Virus record (IMG/VR): IMGVR_UViG_3300037297_000066
Span: 124,001-188,000 of that record
DNA length: 64,000 nucleotides
Reading direction: 5' to 3' (one strand)
A program made the position numbers and the translations under genes. The notes beneath the pieces were generated by a model. That model saw only the letters and a program-made list of their open reading frames with translations. It ran no database searches and was not told where the DNA came from. Position 1 is the first letter of the stretch. Every line of letters starts with the position of its first letter. Shown piece by piece: positions 37,971-48,019 of the stretch.

Positions 37971-38284
37971 TACACATCTCTACCCTGTATCAACCAGTCT
38001 GTCACCTTTCGAGCCTTGGCTACGCTCTCTTCAAGCTCCTGAAGACGTTCCAAGTGACGTTCCAAAGCGAAGTCCAGAGCTACCAAAGGGCTCTCAAAAG
38101 AAGGGCTACTTCCGTACCCGACCCTAGCCGTCCACTCTAGGGGTCTGGCGAGACCATGGATTGTAGAGATGACGTAGATACGAAACTCGGGATGGTTGTC
38201 CTGCTTATCCCAACAATAGGTCCAGTCCCCTTGATGGAGGAACTTGCACCCTCGCCACTCCAAGGTGTCAGGGACAGACGGCAT
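37970..38284 (-). CDS. Fam-B ('WRG') paralog
   Basis: LEWRG..WTARVG..P..ALDFALERHLER; ATG 6 nt after GGTGTATGGT. Confidence 0.75.
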   Translation of the reverse strand: MPSVPDTLEWRGCKFLHQGDWTYCWDKQDNHPEFRIYVISTIHGLARPLEWTARVGYGSSPSFESPLVALDFALERHLERLQELEESVAKARKVTDWLIQGRDV

Positions 38285-38311
38285 GACCTCACCATACACC
38301 GACCCGAGAGC

Positions 38312-39073
38312 CTAAGGGGATCTCAACCTAGCCCTAGCCAGATGAAAGATCTCCGGCCCCATGTAATTGGGCTCGATACCCCCATCAGCCCAGATGGCTT
38401 GCAAGGTAGCGGCTACGTCGATGATGGCATGGGTGAGAGATCGATCCAGAAGAGGGTTCGTGGCACACTCCAAACGATGCCGCAGCACACGCTCACTCTG
38501 GGACAAGGTGGAGTAGTCTTCTGAAACTCGGGTTTGTTGTTCATACCGGTCGGCATCCCAGTACTGGTTGTTCATGAGCAGGTACTGACCATCCTGGTAG
38601 TAGCTACCTAGCTCGTAACGCCCTCGATTTTCCATGAAGTCTAGAACCACATCCATTATCGACTGGTTCTCCTGAATGGGTTCGGGCTCCCCTTCTCTTA
38701 CGTCCGAAAAGGGCGTGGAAAGGTCCTCCAAGAAAACCTTCTGAATGCCTGACTCTGGACACGTCAGAGGTGTCTCCAGCTTTAGACTAGCCTTCTGCAA
38801 GGTAGCCAGCAGTGGCCCCTGCAAGTTGAAGGGCCAAAAGTCTGACTCTACATACGTCTGCTCTACCCTATCCCAGTGGTGTATCATCACAACACACGGG
38901 TCATCCATTCCTGGTAGGGCCCGTCCATAGAGTTTGACTTCAATCCTGCAACGAGAGCCAGGCCCGAGCCAAAGGTACTCTCGAAAGAAGACACGGACCT
39001 TGACGGGTTCGTCAGCGTCCCAGTCTTCGAACCGGGTTATAAGGCCCTCGGCTATAACCGTCCAATCCATCAC
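38312..39073 (-). CDS. Fam-A paralog (N+C)
   Basis: MMDW..WPFNL..LGSYY..WDADRY..LSQSERVLR..LTHAI. Confidence 0.85.
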   Translation of the reverse strand: MMDWTVIAEGLITRFEDWDADEPVKVRVFFREYLWLGPGSRCRIEVKLYGRALPGMDDPCVVMIHHWDRVEQTYVESDFWPFNLQGPLLATLQKASLKLETPLTCPESGIQKVFLEDLSTPFSDVREGEPEPIQENQSIMDVVLDFMENRGRYELGSYYQDGQYLLMNNQYWDADRYEQQTRVSEDYSTLSQSERVLRHRLECATNPLLDRSLTHAIIDVAATLQAIWADGGIEPNYMGPEIFHLARARLRSP

Positions 39074-39609
39074 GCCTCCCCCGGAGGATTACTGTAACCT
39101 CCATAGGCATGGTACCGGGCCACCATCTCAGTGACATCTTCTACAGACACTCCCAAGGCCGCAAGGAGTGACCGCAAAGGCACTTCAGAGCTCCTGAGAT
39201 ACACCTCTGTTGGTTGAGGGATCAAGCTTGTAGCGACTACACGCCGATAGACCTCGACCTCCCATTCGGCGTTCTGAGCAGGAACAATCCAAAGATCCCC
39301 TACGGGCCTGTAGGCACCCAGGCCGCCCGAGCGGATCAAGTCGGTAACGATGGTTTCCAGGTTGTCGTATTGGAGGTACGTACCAGGCGTGACTGAAACC
39401 TCTTCAAAGACTGACTCGACACAAACTTTCGAGTCCGCCTCAGCCAAGACCTTACGCAACTCAGCAAGCCACCCTTTAGGACCTGGCTGCTTTCCGAAGC
39501 TAGCCTGAAGAAGCTGAGAGATTTGATAGGCCGTCTCAGTATGCCCAGCGACCACATAGTGAAGCATATCGGACAACAAGTCCAAGGTACCCTTCCGATT
39601 GAGAGTCAT
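39070..39609 (-). CDS. Fam-A C-domain with alternative helical N-domain
   Basis: N-terminus LLSDMLHYV..G like 42628..43116; VESVFEEVSV..LGAY..WEVEVY..VTEMV. Confidence 0.8.
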   Translation of the reverse strand: MTLNRKGTLDLLSDMLHYVVAGHTETAYQISQLLQASFGKQPGPKGWLAELRKVLAEADSKVCVESVFEEVSVTPGTYLQYDNLETIVTDLIRSGGLGAYRPVGDLWIVPAQNAEWEVEVYRRVVATSLIPQPTEVYLRSSEVPLRSLLAALGVSVEDVTEMVARYHAYGGYSNPPGEA

Positions 39610-40133
39610 CTAGGGCCCCTCCTGATCGATGCCACGTGAATGATAGCCTGGGTGATCTCTTCCTGGGTGTAGTTCTCTCCCCAACACTCTCGGAAAGTCT
39701 TTTCCTGCTCACTGAGCTCTTGCAGGTCGTTCGCAAAGTAGATCTCAGGATCCCACCCAGCCACGCTCGTGTTGTAGATGACCCCTGCTGCCACATAGTC
39801 CCCAAAAGCAGCCCCGTTATGCATGGCCGCTTGCACAACACGCTCCAAAGGACTCAGTTTGACAGGGCATGCAACGGTGCTTTCACCGAACACGCTGTTG
39901 ACCCGAAGCTTGCCCGTCTTCGGCTGCTGACCCCAGATGACGTAAGCCAGAACGTCATTGGGTACGTTGTAAAGCGTCTCAAACGACCACTCTCCCCCTT
40001 CCTCGTCTTGGACCCAAACCACGACATCTCTAGTGGTGTTCTGCCTCTGAAACCTGTAACGAGGCCATCCCCCATCCTGGGAAACCAGTCGGCCAGGAAG
40101 AGGGTTGTCGTCAGAAAGGTCGATCCAAACCAT
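39606..40133 (-). CDS. Fam-A paralog (N+C)
   Basis: MVW..QDGGWPRY..VFGESTV..FGDY..WDPEIY..EKTFR..EEITQAI; ATG 6 nt after GGTGTACTAT. Confidence 0.85.
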   Translation of the reverse strand: MVWIDLSDDNPLPGRLVSQDGGWPRYRFQRQNTTRDVVVWVQDEEGGEWSFETLYNVPNDVLAYVIWGQQPKTGKLRVNSVFGESTVACPVKLSPLERVVQAAMHNGAAFGDYVAAGVIYNTSVAGWDPEIYFANDLQELSEQEKTFRECWGENYTQEEITQAIIHVASIRRGPR

Positions 40134-40153
40134 CGACGAATAGTACACCATGG

Positions 40154-40645
40154 CTAGCTCAGGGTCAGACTGTAGAGCCCCCGTGGACTCTTCGGATCGT
40201 AGAAAGAGGAGCCTTGAGGGAGCACCTGGGGGTCCCATTGTCGGATCGGATACCCCAGATCGAACAAGGGCCCTTGAATCGACCCAGTAGCCTGAAGCAT
40301 CAAAGCTAACCTCTGAAGGCCCTTCAACCGGCCAGATGACCTGAACCAGGAAACCAGCCGATCATGCTCCCGAGCTAGCATCCTTCGGTAATCGGCCAGC
40401 GAAGAGCCGTCAGGGGGCACTGAAGACCGTTTTGGAGAGGGTCCGCTCCCCAGCCTCGCTGCTTCCAAAGCCGCATCAGGAGCCACCCTCGTGGCAACCT
40501 TGACGGCATAGCTGGGACGGTAGACCCCCGAGACTTTGACTCCCGTGATCTCGACCGAATCGACTATGAAGCCCGTTGCCAGGGCCACCATTGCCAGGCC
40601 CGCCAACTCAGTCGCACAAGTAGCCGCCATCCGATCGCTCATCAC
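40154..40645 (-). CDS. hypothetical protein
   Basis: Coupled ORF, not clearly Fam-A. Confidence 0.55.
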   Translation of the reverse strand: MMSDRMAATCATELAGLAMVALATGFIVDSVEITGVKVSGVYRPSYAVKVATRVAPDAALEAARLGSGPSPKRSSVPPDGSSLADYRRMLAREHDRLVSWFRSSGRLKGLQRLALMLQATGSIQGPLFDLGYPIRQWDPQVLPQGSSFYDPKSPRGLYSLTLS

Positions 40646-41214
40646 ATCCTTACCCTAATCCTTACCCTAAACTCTAGCACCAGCCCGCTAACAATATCCT
40701 GATCGATCCCCATCTGGTTGGCTAGAAGACGTAGACGCCACTCAGCCTCTTCGAGTCCGCCAGCGTCGGTTTCGGTCATCCTTTGTACAGCGGCCAGGTA
40801 GTCCTCTTCACGCCACAGGCCCTGGTTAACTCGAATGAAAGATCCTCTCACTTGATAGGACCCTATACAAGTCTCAAAGGCCAACAGATGACCTGCCAAC
40901 ATGAGAAAAGCTTCTAAGGGATCCTGCCCTCCGCTCACAGCCTCTTCTTTGAAAGGAGACGAGTGGTCGAGGGTGTGTGCACCGATCAACAAGGAAAAGC
41001 GAGCCAGGGCCTCCCACAACTGCCGGGGAACGAAAGGTGCCTCAAACCAAGTAGCTCCCTCCCTCTCTTGACTCTGAAACTGAAACCTCACGAAATCAGG
41101 GTCTTGTGCGACAGGAGACACCCAAGCTTGGTAGCGAGGCCAGCCCCCGTCCTCGGCCAAAGTCACCACCGTTTCTCGTTCGGTGTGTTTGGTGTTGATG
41201 ACCACGTAGCTCAC
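40642..41214 (-). CDS. Fam-A paralog (N+C)
   Basis: EDGGWPRY..PFKEEAV..IGSY..WREEDY..AEWRLR; GTGA overlap. Confidence 0.85.
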   Translation of the reverse strand: MSYVVINTKHTERETVVTLAEDGGWPRYQAWVSPVAQDPDFVRFQFQSQEREGATWFEAPFVPRQLWEALARFSLLIGAHTLDHSSPFKEEAVSGGQDPLEAFLMLAGHLLAFETCIGSYQVRGSFIRVNQGLWREEDYLAAVQRMTETDAGGLEEAEWRLRLLANQMGIDQDIVSGLVLEFRVRIRVRM

Positions 41215-41774
41215 ACATCCCCCAAAATTTCTGCCACACGACGAGTAAGACTCTCGTTGGTCTCCCCGAAGTAGCGTCTCAGAACCCGTCGCAGATGAAT
41301 CTCTGACTGACGCAAGAAGAGATTCTCCCGCACGGCCCACTCGTACTCTGACAGAACCCATTCCTCAGTACGTGGATAAATCAAGTACTCCCCTTGACGC
41401 CTCTGGTAGGTTCCCATCTCCCTGTCGTTGATAGCCTGCTCCACTATTTCATGAACCCCAGGAAGGGCTGACTCTTGAACAGAACCCTCGCCAAAGGTCC
41501 CAGAGAAGTCTCGACTTCCGGACACCATCCGGGCTAGATCCAAGATTTCTGGAAGCAGGCTCAAAGGCCATGAGGTGGGTTCCAACCATTCAGCGTCTTC
41601 TCTCCACGCTCTAACCTGGAGCGTTATCATAGCCCATGCAAGAGGAGGCACGATGGCTTCGACAACTAAAGGAGTAGTAACCTCTGCACCATTCTCTATC
41701 AGCACCACCCGACGCCAGTAAACGGTGCATCGTCCCCGAGGACGTTCGCCGGTCTCTTGGACTACCCAGGGCAT
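41211..41774 (-). CDS. Fam-A paralog (N+C)
   Basis: MPWV..WPLSLLPEIL..TFGEGSV..MGTY..EY..SEIHLR..LT. Confidence 0.85.
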   Translation of the reverse strand: MPWVVQETGERPRGRCTVYWRRVVLIENGAEVTTPLVVEAIVPPLAWAMITLQVRAWREDAEWLEPTSWPLSLLPEILDLARMVSGSRDFSGTFGEGSVQESALPGVHEIVEQAINDREMGTYQRRQGEYLIYPRTEEWVLSEYEWAVRENLFLRQSEIHLRRVLRRYFGETNESLTRRVAEILGDV

Positions 41775-42067
41775 GCGTCTCTCACACCCAAGAGCTGGGA
41801 AAAGGTAGTCAGCCGCCTGGACAAGTCCGTGTGTTCCCGCACCCTCTTCACGTGGTTCTGAAGCGCCGCTTCCAAAGCCACCTGAGGGTCCTCATGCATA
41901 GCGGCCCCGAGTCCCACTATCCCCTTGAACATCTCGCAGTAGGACAGATCCATGACTCGAACTCGCAAGTCCCCTTCGACCAACCCTTCGTAGACCCCGT
42001 ACTCGATGGGGTGTCTTTTCAAGACGAAGCCTCGCCACTTGATGGATCCTTTGGATTTCTCTTCCAT
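41762..42067 (-). CDS. Fam-B ('WRG') paralog
   Basis: IKWRGFVL..IVG..EDPQVALEAALQNHVKR; ATG 5 nt after GGTGTATGGT. Confidence 0.75.
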   Translation of the reverse strand: MEEKSKGSIKWRGFVLKRHPIEYGVYEGLVEGDLRVRVMDLSYCEMFKGIVGLGAAMHEDPQVALEAALQNHVKRVREHTDLSRRLTTFSQLLGVRDACPG

Positions 42068-42094
42068 GACCTACCATACACCGTCAGGAGTCTC

Positions 42095-42631
42095 TCACTC
42101 GTCAGCTTCCAGGCCATAACGCCTTCGAACGTAGGAGATGACCTCTTCTGTCAGTGTCTCCTCTGAAACCTCGATGAGCTGGCACACTTGTCGAAAGCCT
42201 TGCTCTACAGACGACACCCTGCCTGCTGAAACAGCTAGACGATACCCTTCCTCCGTCCACCCTCTCAGGTCCGGAACAGCTTGATAATCAAGATCAGGGT
42301 CAAAGTACTGCCCTAGAATATGGGCTTCCACGAGCCCCCCGACAGACTCCTGAAAGGTCGTTTCAGAAGTCTGTTCGACAGCACCAAAGGAACTCTCTGG
42401 AACCTTTTTGCAGAAACTTCGGAGCCCCAGGATCACTGGAATCAGCTTCTCGGGCCACCGGTACTCAAGGTGTTTCAGGGCCGTTGGGAAGGCTTGCTTG
42501 GCCACCGTAAACGCCTGGTCGCCCCACCAACGCACCTCGTACTGAGGCCACTTGTCAGGGGCCTCACCCACCCACCAGGTCAGAGTGCTGGTAGGGGGGT
42601 CATGGATGGGGCCCCGGAGAACTCTCATCAC
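42095..42631 (-). CDS. Fam-A paralog (N+C)
   Basis: WPQYEV..WPEKLIPVIL..LGQY..WTEEGY..EQGFR..LTEEVI. Confidence 0.85.
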   Translation of the reverse strand: MMRVLRGPIHDPPTSTLTWWVGEAPDKWPQYEVRWWGDQAFTVAKQAFPTALKHLEYRWPEKLIPVILGLRSFCKKVPESSFGAVEQTSETTFQESVGGLVEAHILGQYFDPDLDYQAVPDLRGWTEEGYRLAVSAGRVSSVEQGFRQVCQLIEVSEETLTEEVISYVRRRYGLEADE

Positions 42632-43116
42632 TCTCCTTGAGGGACGGTTGCAGCCACCCTGTCTATCACAAGCTGGGTGAGAAGCGTCTGAACTCGATCA
42701 GAAAACAAGGCTCTCAACTCAGCTTCCCCACTCGTGATACTAGGTACTCCCCTTGCTACAGCGGTTCGGTAATCAATCTCGTTCCAGGAGGTGTGTCCAG
42801 GGGAGATCCACAACGCAAAAGCAGAGTTCCAGTAGTGCCCCATCCACGACCATTGAGCTGCTGAGCCCATCAAGGCCCCTGCCGAAAAACCCTCTTCCCA
42901 GACCGACGCCTCAGTGAAGACTGACTGGACCTGGACTGTTGGATGGTCCTCGAACATGGCCCGTTCTATGTGATCTACCCACTTTCTGTACGAAAACGCT
43001 CCACACACCAAGAGATCCAGGGCGTTAGAGTATCTTTGGGCAAACTCAATGTTTCCCTGCGACACATGACGCAAGAGCCCCTCTAAACAGTCCCGTACAA
43101 GCTCCCGACGCATCAC
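42628..43116 (-). CDS. Fam-A C-domain with alternative helical N-domain
   Basis: CLEGLLRHVSQG..; VQSVFTEASV..MGHY..WNEIDY..EAELR..LTQLVI. Confidence 0.8.
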   Translation of the reverse strand: MMRRELVRDCLEGLLRHVSQGNIEFAQRYSNALDLLVCGAFSYRKWVDHIERAMFEDHPTVQVQSVFTEASVWEEGFSAGALMGSAAQWSWMGHYWNSAFALWISPGHTSWNEIDYRTAVARGVPSITSGEAELRALFSDRVQTLLTQLVIDRVAATVPQGE

Positions 43117-43682
43117 GGTCCTACTTGGGTGTCAACGTACTGAGCGTAATGAGCAATCTCGTTCGTGATGTCCTCTGCTGTGAGTCCGAACTGCACGAAG
43201 GTGTTCCGTAGAGACCTCTCAAGCCGACTTATCCGGCTCCCTGGATCAAGGTCCAAGATCCTCCGATACTCTTCCACGTTCCATTCCTCGGAGCCTACGT
43301 AGACCCAGTGATCGAGTATGTAGTAGTGGCCAATGACCCCTTGTCTGGCAGCCTCCCGAATCAAGAACAGTAACGGATGGGCAGCAGAGGCTATATCCAC
43401 TGACTCTCGGTTCCCGAAAACCTCTGAAAAATCCGTACCTGGGCTGGCCTCCTGCAACATGGACAGGATCTCAGGAAGCAACCCCATTGACCACTTCTCA
43501 GCCGTCACCCATTCTCTAGAGCTCCCTTGATACTCCTTGACTCGAAGCTTGGGAGGCATAGCGGGTTCTCTTACCACTTCTAGAAGGTAAGATCCCTCCC
43601 GATTCGAAGAGGCCATCTCTCGCCAGTGCACCTGAGCACTGCCTTCGGCATAGGACCCCTGCTTGGCCACTTGCCAGGTCAT
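43113..43682 (-). CDS. Fam-A paralog (N+C)
   Basis: MTW..LLPEIL..VFGNRESV..IGHY..WNVEEY..ERSLR..DITNEI. Confidence 0.85.
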   Translation of the reverse strand: MTWQVAKQGSYAEGSAQVHWREMASSNREGSYLLEVVREPAMPPKLRVKEYQGSSREWVTAEKWSMGLLPEILSMLQEASPGTDFSEVFGNRESVDIASAAHPLLFLIREAARQGVIGHYYILDHWVYVGSEEWNVEEYRRILDLDPGSRISRLERSLRNTFVQFGLTAEDITNEIAHYAQYVDTQVGP

Positions 43683-43686
43683 ACGA

Positions 43687-44040
43687 TCAATGCCTGTCCG
43701 CACACAAGCAGCACTTGCTAGGGTGCTCTTGCTCGTCTTCTAGAGTCAGCGATCCACATTCGGGGCACTCGGAAATGCCCAAAATCTGCTGAGCAAACTG
43801 CTCAAACTCCCGAGCTTTGGTCAGGTGGCTTCGCACCCTTTCCAAGTGTGCCTTCAGAGCCTGTTCCAAGGCTTCTAAAGGATTTTCTTGGTATCCGTAA
43901 GCAACCCCCACATGAGCCCACCACTTAGGATCGTTCTCGTACTGGCGAAGACCCGCTTCCAGGGAAGAGGTAATCTGGGCTCTATACCCGTCCTCGGTCT
44001 TCTCCAAGACTACACCACGCCATACGAACTGACTTTCCAT
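43687..44040 (-). CDS. Fam-B ('WRG') paralog with C-terminal Zn ribbon
   Basis: FVWRGVVL..WWAHVG..ENPLEALEQALKAHLER..CPEC; ATG 6 nt after GGTGTACGGT. Confidence 0.75.
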   Translation of the reverse strand: MESQFVWRGVVLEKTEDGYRAQITSSLEAGLRQYENDPKWWAHVGVAYGYQENPLEALEQALKAHLERVRSHLTKAREFEQFAQQILGISECPECGSLTLEDEQEHPSKCCLCADRH

Positions 44041-44100
44041 ACACTCACCGTACACCAAGGGTGGGCTCCCATAGCACACCTGTTTACAGGAAAAAGCCAA

Positions 44101-44406
44101 CTCAGAACTGATAATTACAAGCCACCTAAACTAGCTCAAAACAAGGTGATCCACGCCAGCTTGTAGACACTTAAACCGTCACACTACAGGCACTGGTCAA
44201 ACATGAGGACAAAAACACCTTAAGTGCTCGAAACCATTGAGGCCAGATTCAAGGGGCTTTATACAACCTTCTAAGGCGCACCACCTAGCCTTGATAAGGC
44301 AACGCTAAGGCAAACTGCCTTTACAAGAGCCCGTCCGAGTTGTGAGCTTCAGTAGCGTAATCCAGGATGAGTTCCGTAACCCATTCCTCTCCCACTACAC
44401 ACCGAG
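44101..44406. other. lower-GC non-coding island with TTGTAGAC motif
   Basis: No ORF of 60 aa or more across most of it; GCTTGTAGACAC at 44159. Confidence 0.6.
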
Positions 44407-44634
44407 CTACAGAGACTTCAGAAGGATCATGACTCGCTCGACCAGGTCTTGAGGCTCCGCTTCCAGATCATGCGAGTCCAAAGTTACCGGGATAGACCCT
44501 TCCTTCCTGGCCAGGTGAAGGACAAGCCCCGGGCCTTTGGGGGCTAGAACCAAGCAATGGCTCCTGCCGAAGGGAGGGGGAACCTTCTTGGTGAGCTGCA
44601 GCAGTATCTCCTGGACTTGCTGAAGAGGGGCCAT
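44407..44634 (-). CDS. hypothetical protein
   Basis: Start re-called to MAPLQQ..., 5 nt after TAGACT. Confidence 0.6.
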   Translation of the reverse strand: MAPLQQVQEILLQLTKKVPPPFGRSHCLVLAPKGPGLVLHLARKEGSIPVTLDSHDLEAEPQDLVERVMILLKSL

Positions 44635-44964
44635 GGTCCAGTCTATCACAAGCCGGTAGAAGAGGAGTGTGCCTGCTGCCGCCACTCTTGTCGAAAAAGA
44701 AGACTGGCATAAAACAAGGGGTCTGAGGCCAGCTTGTAGACACATTTAGCCAGGTCGGAGACACTTTACACGGTGACACCTGAGCAGTAGACCTTTTGCT
44801 CCAACCCCTCGTAATTGTACAACCCAAGAACCTCTTCGTAGTGTCACCACTACTTAGGGGGTACAGCAGGGTCTACAACCTAGCCGAAGTTCACTATCCT
44901 TTTCACTGTCTCTTCAGTCTCTGCGGTCTTAAGGCAGAGACATGCCGCCAACGGTTCAAGACCT

Positions 44965-45546
44965 TCACCAAGACACCTCTTCCCGAAGAAGGCTCACAAC
45001 CTTCAAGATCTCAGCTGTGAGCTGCTCCGGATAAGGGGGCTCCTCCCAACTTCTTCTGACAATATCCTCTGTATCCAGAAGGAACAAAGAAGCTGAGTCC
45101 CCACGAAGGGCGCTCAAGTAGTGAGCAGGGTTCCAGTCTGGGTCTGTGACCTCAACTAGTCTGCCTCCAACCATGTAGCGGCCCACAGTCCTTGCTCGTA
45201 CAGCCTCTTCAACTCGCTTCCTAAAGTCTGACTCCGAGAGTTCAGAAAAAGGCACCACAGAGTCAGAAGCAGAGGACCCTTCGAACAACCCTTCAGGTAC
45301 TGCCAAGGCATCCTTCCTCATCACAGAAAGAGCTTGGAGCAAAAAGGCTATCACACTCCCAGGAAAGTACTCCGAGGTTACTGGCTGAACCCCATCTTCC
45401 CGGATCGTGATTCTCCACCTAAGCCCATGGTCCTCCTGCTCAGGATCGGAAGAGACGCTGATCCAGTAGACAGGCGAATCGTCCTCATCCTCGTGCACCA
45501 AGAGAGCGTAGCTATCCTCGGATCTTACGGGACCCAGGACTTTCAC
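44965..45546 (-). CDS. Fam-A paralog (N+C)
   Basis: SPVY.I..FP..FLLQAL..LFEG..VGRY..DPDWNP.HY..LTAEILKV. Confidence 0.85.
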   Translation of the reverse strand: MKVLGPVRSEDSYALLVHEDEDDSPVYWISVSSDPEQEDHGLRWRITIREDGVQPVTSEYFPGSVIAFLLQALSVMRKDALAVPEGLFEGSSASDSVVPFSELSESDFRKRVEEAVRARTVGRYMVGGRLVEVTDPDWNPAHYLSALRGDSASLFLLDTEDIVRRSWEEPPYPEQLTAEILKVVSLLREEVSW

Positions 45547-46154
45547 CGACTTCTCCGTTGAGCTAAGACCCCCAAGACTTCAAGGGTAACCAGTTGGTTG
45601 AGCTCCTCTTCCGAAAGCCTCCAGGGAACAAGTTCTCCAGCCCAGAATCTCCTAGCACTCCGCTCTTCTATGAGAAGGGTAAGGTGCCGATTGCCCCTGG
45701 CTGCCACGATGTAGTTAGCTGCTCGCCACTCTAGATCACTGATGTGGACCGTAGCCCCATCTTCATCACTGTAGCCCCCCAAAGAACCGTTTTGGATAGA
45801 GTCCCGGATCCGATCCCTCAAAGACTTCCCCTCCACCATCAGGTTGTCTGCGTCAGGCTGCTTCACCCTTTTAGGCCGTCCAAACACTCTGGGAGGAGGG
45901 TTCACTGAACCCCCTTCCCCTTGAGCTTCCACCATCGCTTGAAGCAGAAAAGGGAGCACCCTAATTGGTACGATATGAATCGGGACGAACCCCCTATCAG
46001 TACGAGGGAATCTTTGAACAGATACACTCCAGGCTACAATCCGAGAAGCAGCCCCCAAACGAACATGAATCTCGTATTGAGGAGAGGTGGCTAGGCCATC
46101 CCCCACCCTCAACATGAGAGCCAGCTCAGCTCGATCTCGGCTAAGGACTTTCAC
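45543..46154 (-). CDS. Fam-A paralog (N+C)
   Basis: SPQYEI..PIRVLPFLLQA..LGGY..D.EW..NY..VTLEVL.VL. Confidence 0.85.
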   Translation of the reverse strand: MKVLSRDRAELALMLRVGDGLATSPQYEIHVRLGAASRIVAWSVSVQRFPRTDRGFVPIHIVPIRVLPFLLQAMVEAQGEGGSVNPPPRVFGRPKRVKQPDADNLMVEGKSLRDRIRDSIQNGSLGGYSDEDGATVHISDLEWRAANYIVAARGNRHLTLLIEERSARRFWAGELVPWRLSEEELNQLVTLEVLGVLAQRRSR

Positions 46155-46762
46155 CGGAGGATCTCCTCCCGATACTCAACTACCACCCTCACGACCTCAT
46201 CAGTGATCATCTGAGAGAGATCCTCCTCGCTCAATGGATGGGGGACAAACTCTGTAGCCCAAGCCCGGCGAAGATTTGTCTCAAGTCCAGTGAGTACATA
46301 CTGAGGATTGCTTCGTGCGACAGCTCCTCGATAAAGCGCCTCACTCCACAAGCTGTCAGTGATACGAACCTCTCCAGCACAATCCTGATAAGCGCCTAGT
46401 TGAGAATTGCGTGTGTTGTTGAAAATCCGCTGCCTCAGCGGCATGTTCCTGTACACAAGGTTGTCTAGCGTGGGAAAAAGTTCATGGACTTGGGCAAATC
46501 TGTCGGGCGTAGGAGGACACCCCTGGACTTGGAACACACTCGACAAGGGGTCCCACGGGGCTTTGGCCGCTGCTTCTAGAATGAACGGAAGCAAAAACAG
46601 GGGAGCGTGTTCGAGCGCTCGCCAGGGGTCACGGGACGACGGGCCGTCTTTCCTGTAGACCGTGAACTCACCAGAATAGATCCCAACCTGGTAAAGAGGG
46701 AATCGTCCTTCGTCTCCCGCTATCAGCCAGAGACCTTCAGAATCTCGATCCAGAACACGCAT
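46151..46762 (-). CDS. Fam-A paralog (N+C)
   Basis: FPLYQV..PLFLLPFILEA..LGAY..DSLWSEALY..ITDEVVRVV. Confidence 0.85.
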   Translation of the reverse strand: MRVLDRDSEGLWLIAGDEGRFPLYQVGIYSGEFTVYRKDGPSSRDPWRALEHAPLFLLPFILEAAAKAPWDPLSSVFQVQGCPPTPDRFAQVHELFPTLDNLVYRNMPLRQRIFNNTRNSQLGAYQDCAGEVRITDSLWSEALYRGAVARSNPQYVLTGLETNLRRAWATEFVPHPLSEEDLSQMITDEVVRVVVEYREEILR

Positions 46763-46780
46763 CTGCCCTACAATACACCA

Positions 46781-47395
46781 TCACTGGGCCGGACGGATGT
46801 ATTGAACGACTTGCAGGATAGTGTCCGTGATGACGCTAGGCTGGTGAACAGAGTGCCAGTTCTCTCGGATCCCGATTTCCGAGTCCGTCAAACTGTACCC
46901 TTGACTATTCATCACGGCGCATCGGTAGTTGTGTTCCGTCCATCCGGTATCCCCAGGATAGACGGTTAAGCTACGGTCGAAAGTCTGGGGATCTCCGTTC
47001 ACGTTCACCCCTACCACTTCCGCTACCGTAGCCTGGTAGGCACCAAGACGCCCCCCTTGGACAAACTCCTCGACTGTCTCTCGAAAGCTACCACCCGAGC
47101 CCGGAACCCCCAAAAGAGCTTCTTCCCTGAACAAAGAGGGGAGCTTTGCCGAGTTGCTCCCCTGAGCCTCTGACACCGCCTGCAAGATGAAAGGTAGCAG
47201 CGCCCCCGGGATGTTCTCCAGGAGAAGCCGGGGACGGTTCCAAACAGGCGGAGGCCGATACCGGAGGGTTACCTCTGTCCGAGACACATCGGTAAAAACC
47301 AAGATCTCATAGAGAACACGTTCTTCAGGCCCACGCTCATCGGACACAATGACCTTGTAGCCATCGTTTTCTCTGTACTTAGACTGGATTTTCAC
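46781..47395 (-). CDS. Fam-A paralog (N+C)
   Basis: YEI..PGALLPFILQA..LFREEA..LGAY..PGDTGWTEHNY..ITDTILQVV. Confidence 0.85.
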   Translation of the reverse strand: MKIQSKYRENDGYKVIVSDERGPEERVLYEILVFTDVSRTEVTLRYRPPPVWNRPRLLLENIPGALLPFILQAVSEAQGSNSAKLPSLFREEALLGVPGSGGSFRETVEEFVQGGRLGAYQATVAEVVGVNVNGDPQTFDRSLTVYPGDTGWTEHNYRCAVMNSQGYSLTDSEIGIRENWHSVHQPSVITDTILQVVQYIRPAQ

Positions 47396-47425
47396 ACCCT
47401 ACTCTACACCGTCCGGCTGAGAGCT

Positions 47426-48019
47426 TCAGACAGATTGCTGCCAATACTCCGGTAAAGTGTTCCTGATCCTCGATGCCGCCCCCATGATCATGGATGTCAG
47501 CTCTTCTGGAGAGATCGTGTTTCGGTATTGGTGTCGAAAGTCCCTTTCCCTTACTGTCAGAGTAAAGTTATGAATCTCCGAGGTAGCCGCCAGGTAGTAT
47601 TCTCCAAAGTTCCAATGATGGTCCCGGGGCCTCATGACCACTCCAAGATCACGTATGTTGTAAGCCCCCAACCAGCCTGCTGCCACCTGGATGCCCACAC
47701 AGGACTGAAATGACTCTTGGTCCACATAGTCCTTCAAAGGCTGCCCAAAGGTTCCTAGAGGGACTGTCGCCTTGGACCCCTTCCCCTGGACCATCCAGAG
47801 CTCCTGCAGAACCATCGGCATGAGCCAAAGGGGAACGTAGCAAGGCCGAACCTGCGGAGAAGCTTCGTACTCCGCTTCCAAACACCAGTCTTTGACCTCC
47901 CCCTCCCCTATTCGGGTGATCTTGAGGTGGTAGATTGGGTACGAGTGTTCAGACTCCCTCAGCACCACCGTACACAAGTACGGATTCCAATGCCGAGCCA
48001 CTATGATGGGCCGGGCCAC
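47426..48019 (-). CDS. Fam-A paralog (N+C)
   Basis: YPIY..PLWLMP.VL..LGAY..P.D..W..EY..ERDFR..EELTSMI. Confidence 0.85.
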   Translation of the reverse strand: MARPIIVARHWNPYLCTVVLRESEHSYPIYHLKITRIGEGEVKDWCLEAEYEASPQVRPCYVPLWLMPMVLQELWMVQGKGSKATVPLGTFGQPLKDYVDQESFQSCVGIQVAAGWLGAYNIRDLGVVMRPRDHHWNFGEYYLAATSEIHNFTLTVRERDFRHQYRNTISPEELTSMIMGAASRIRNTLPEYWQQSV

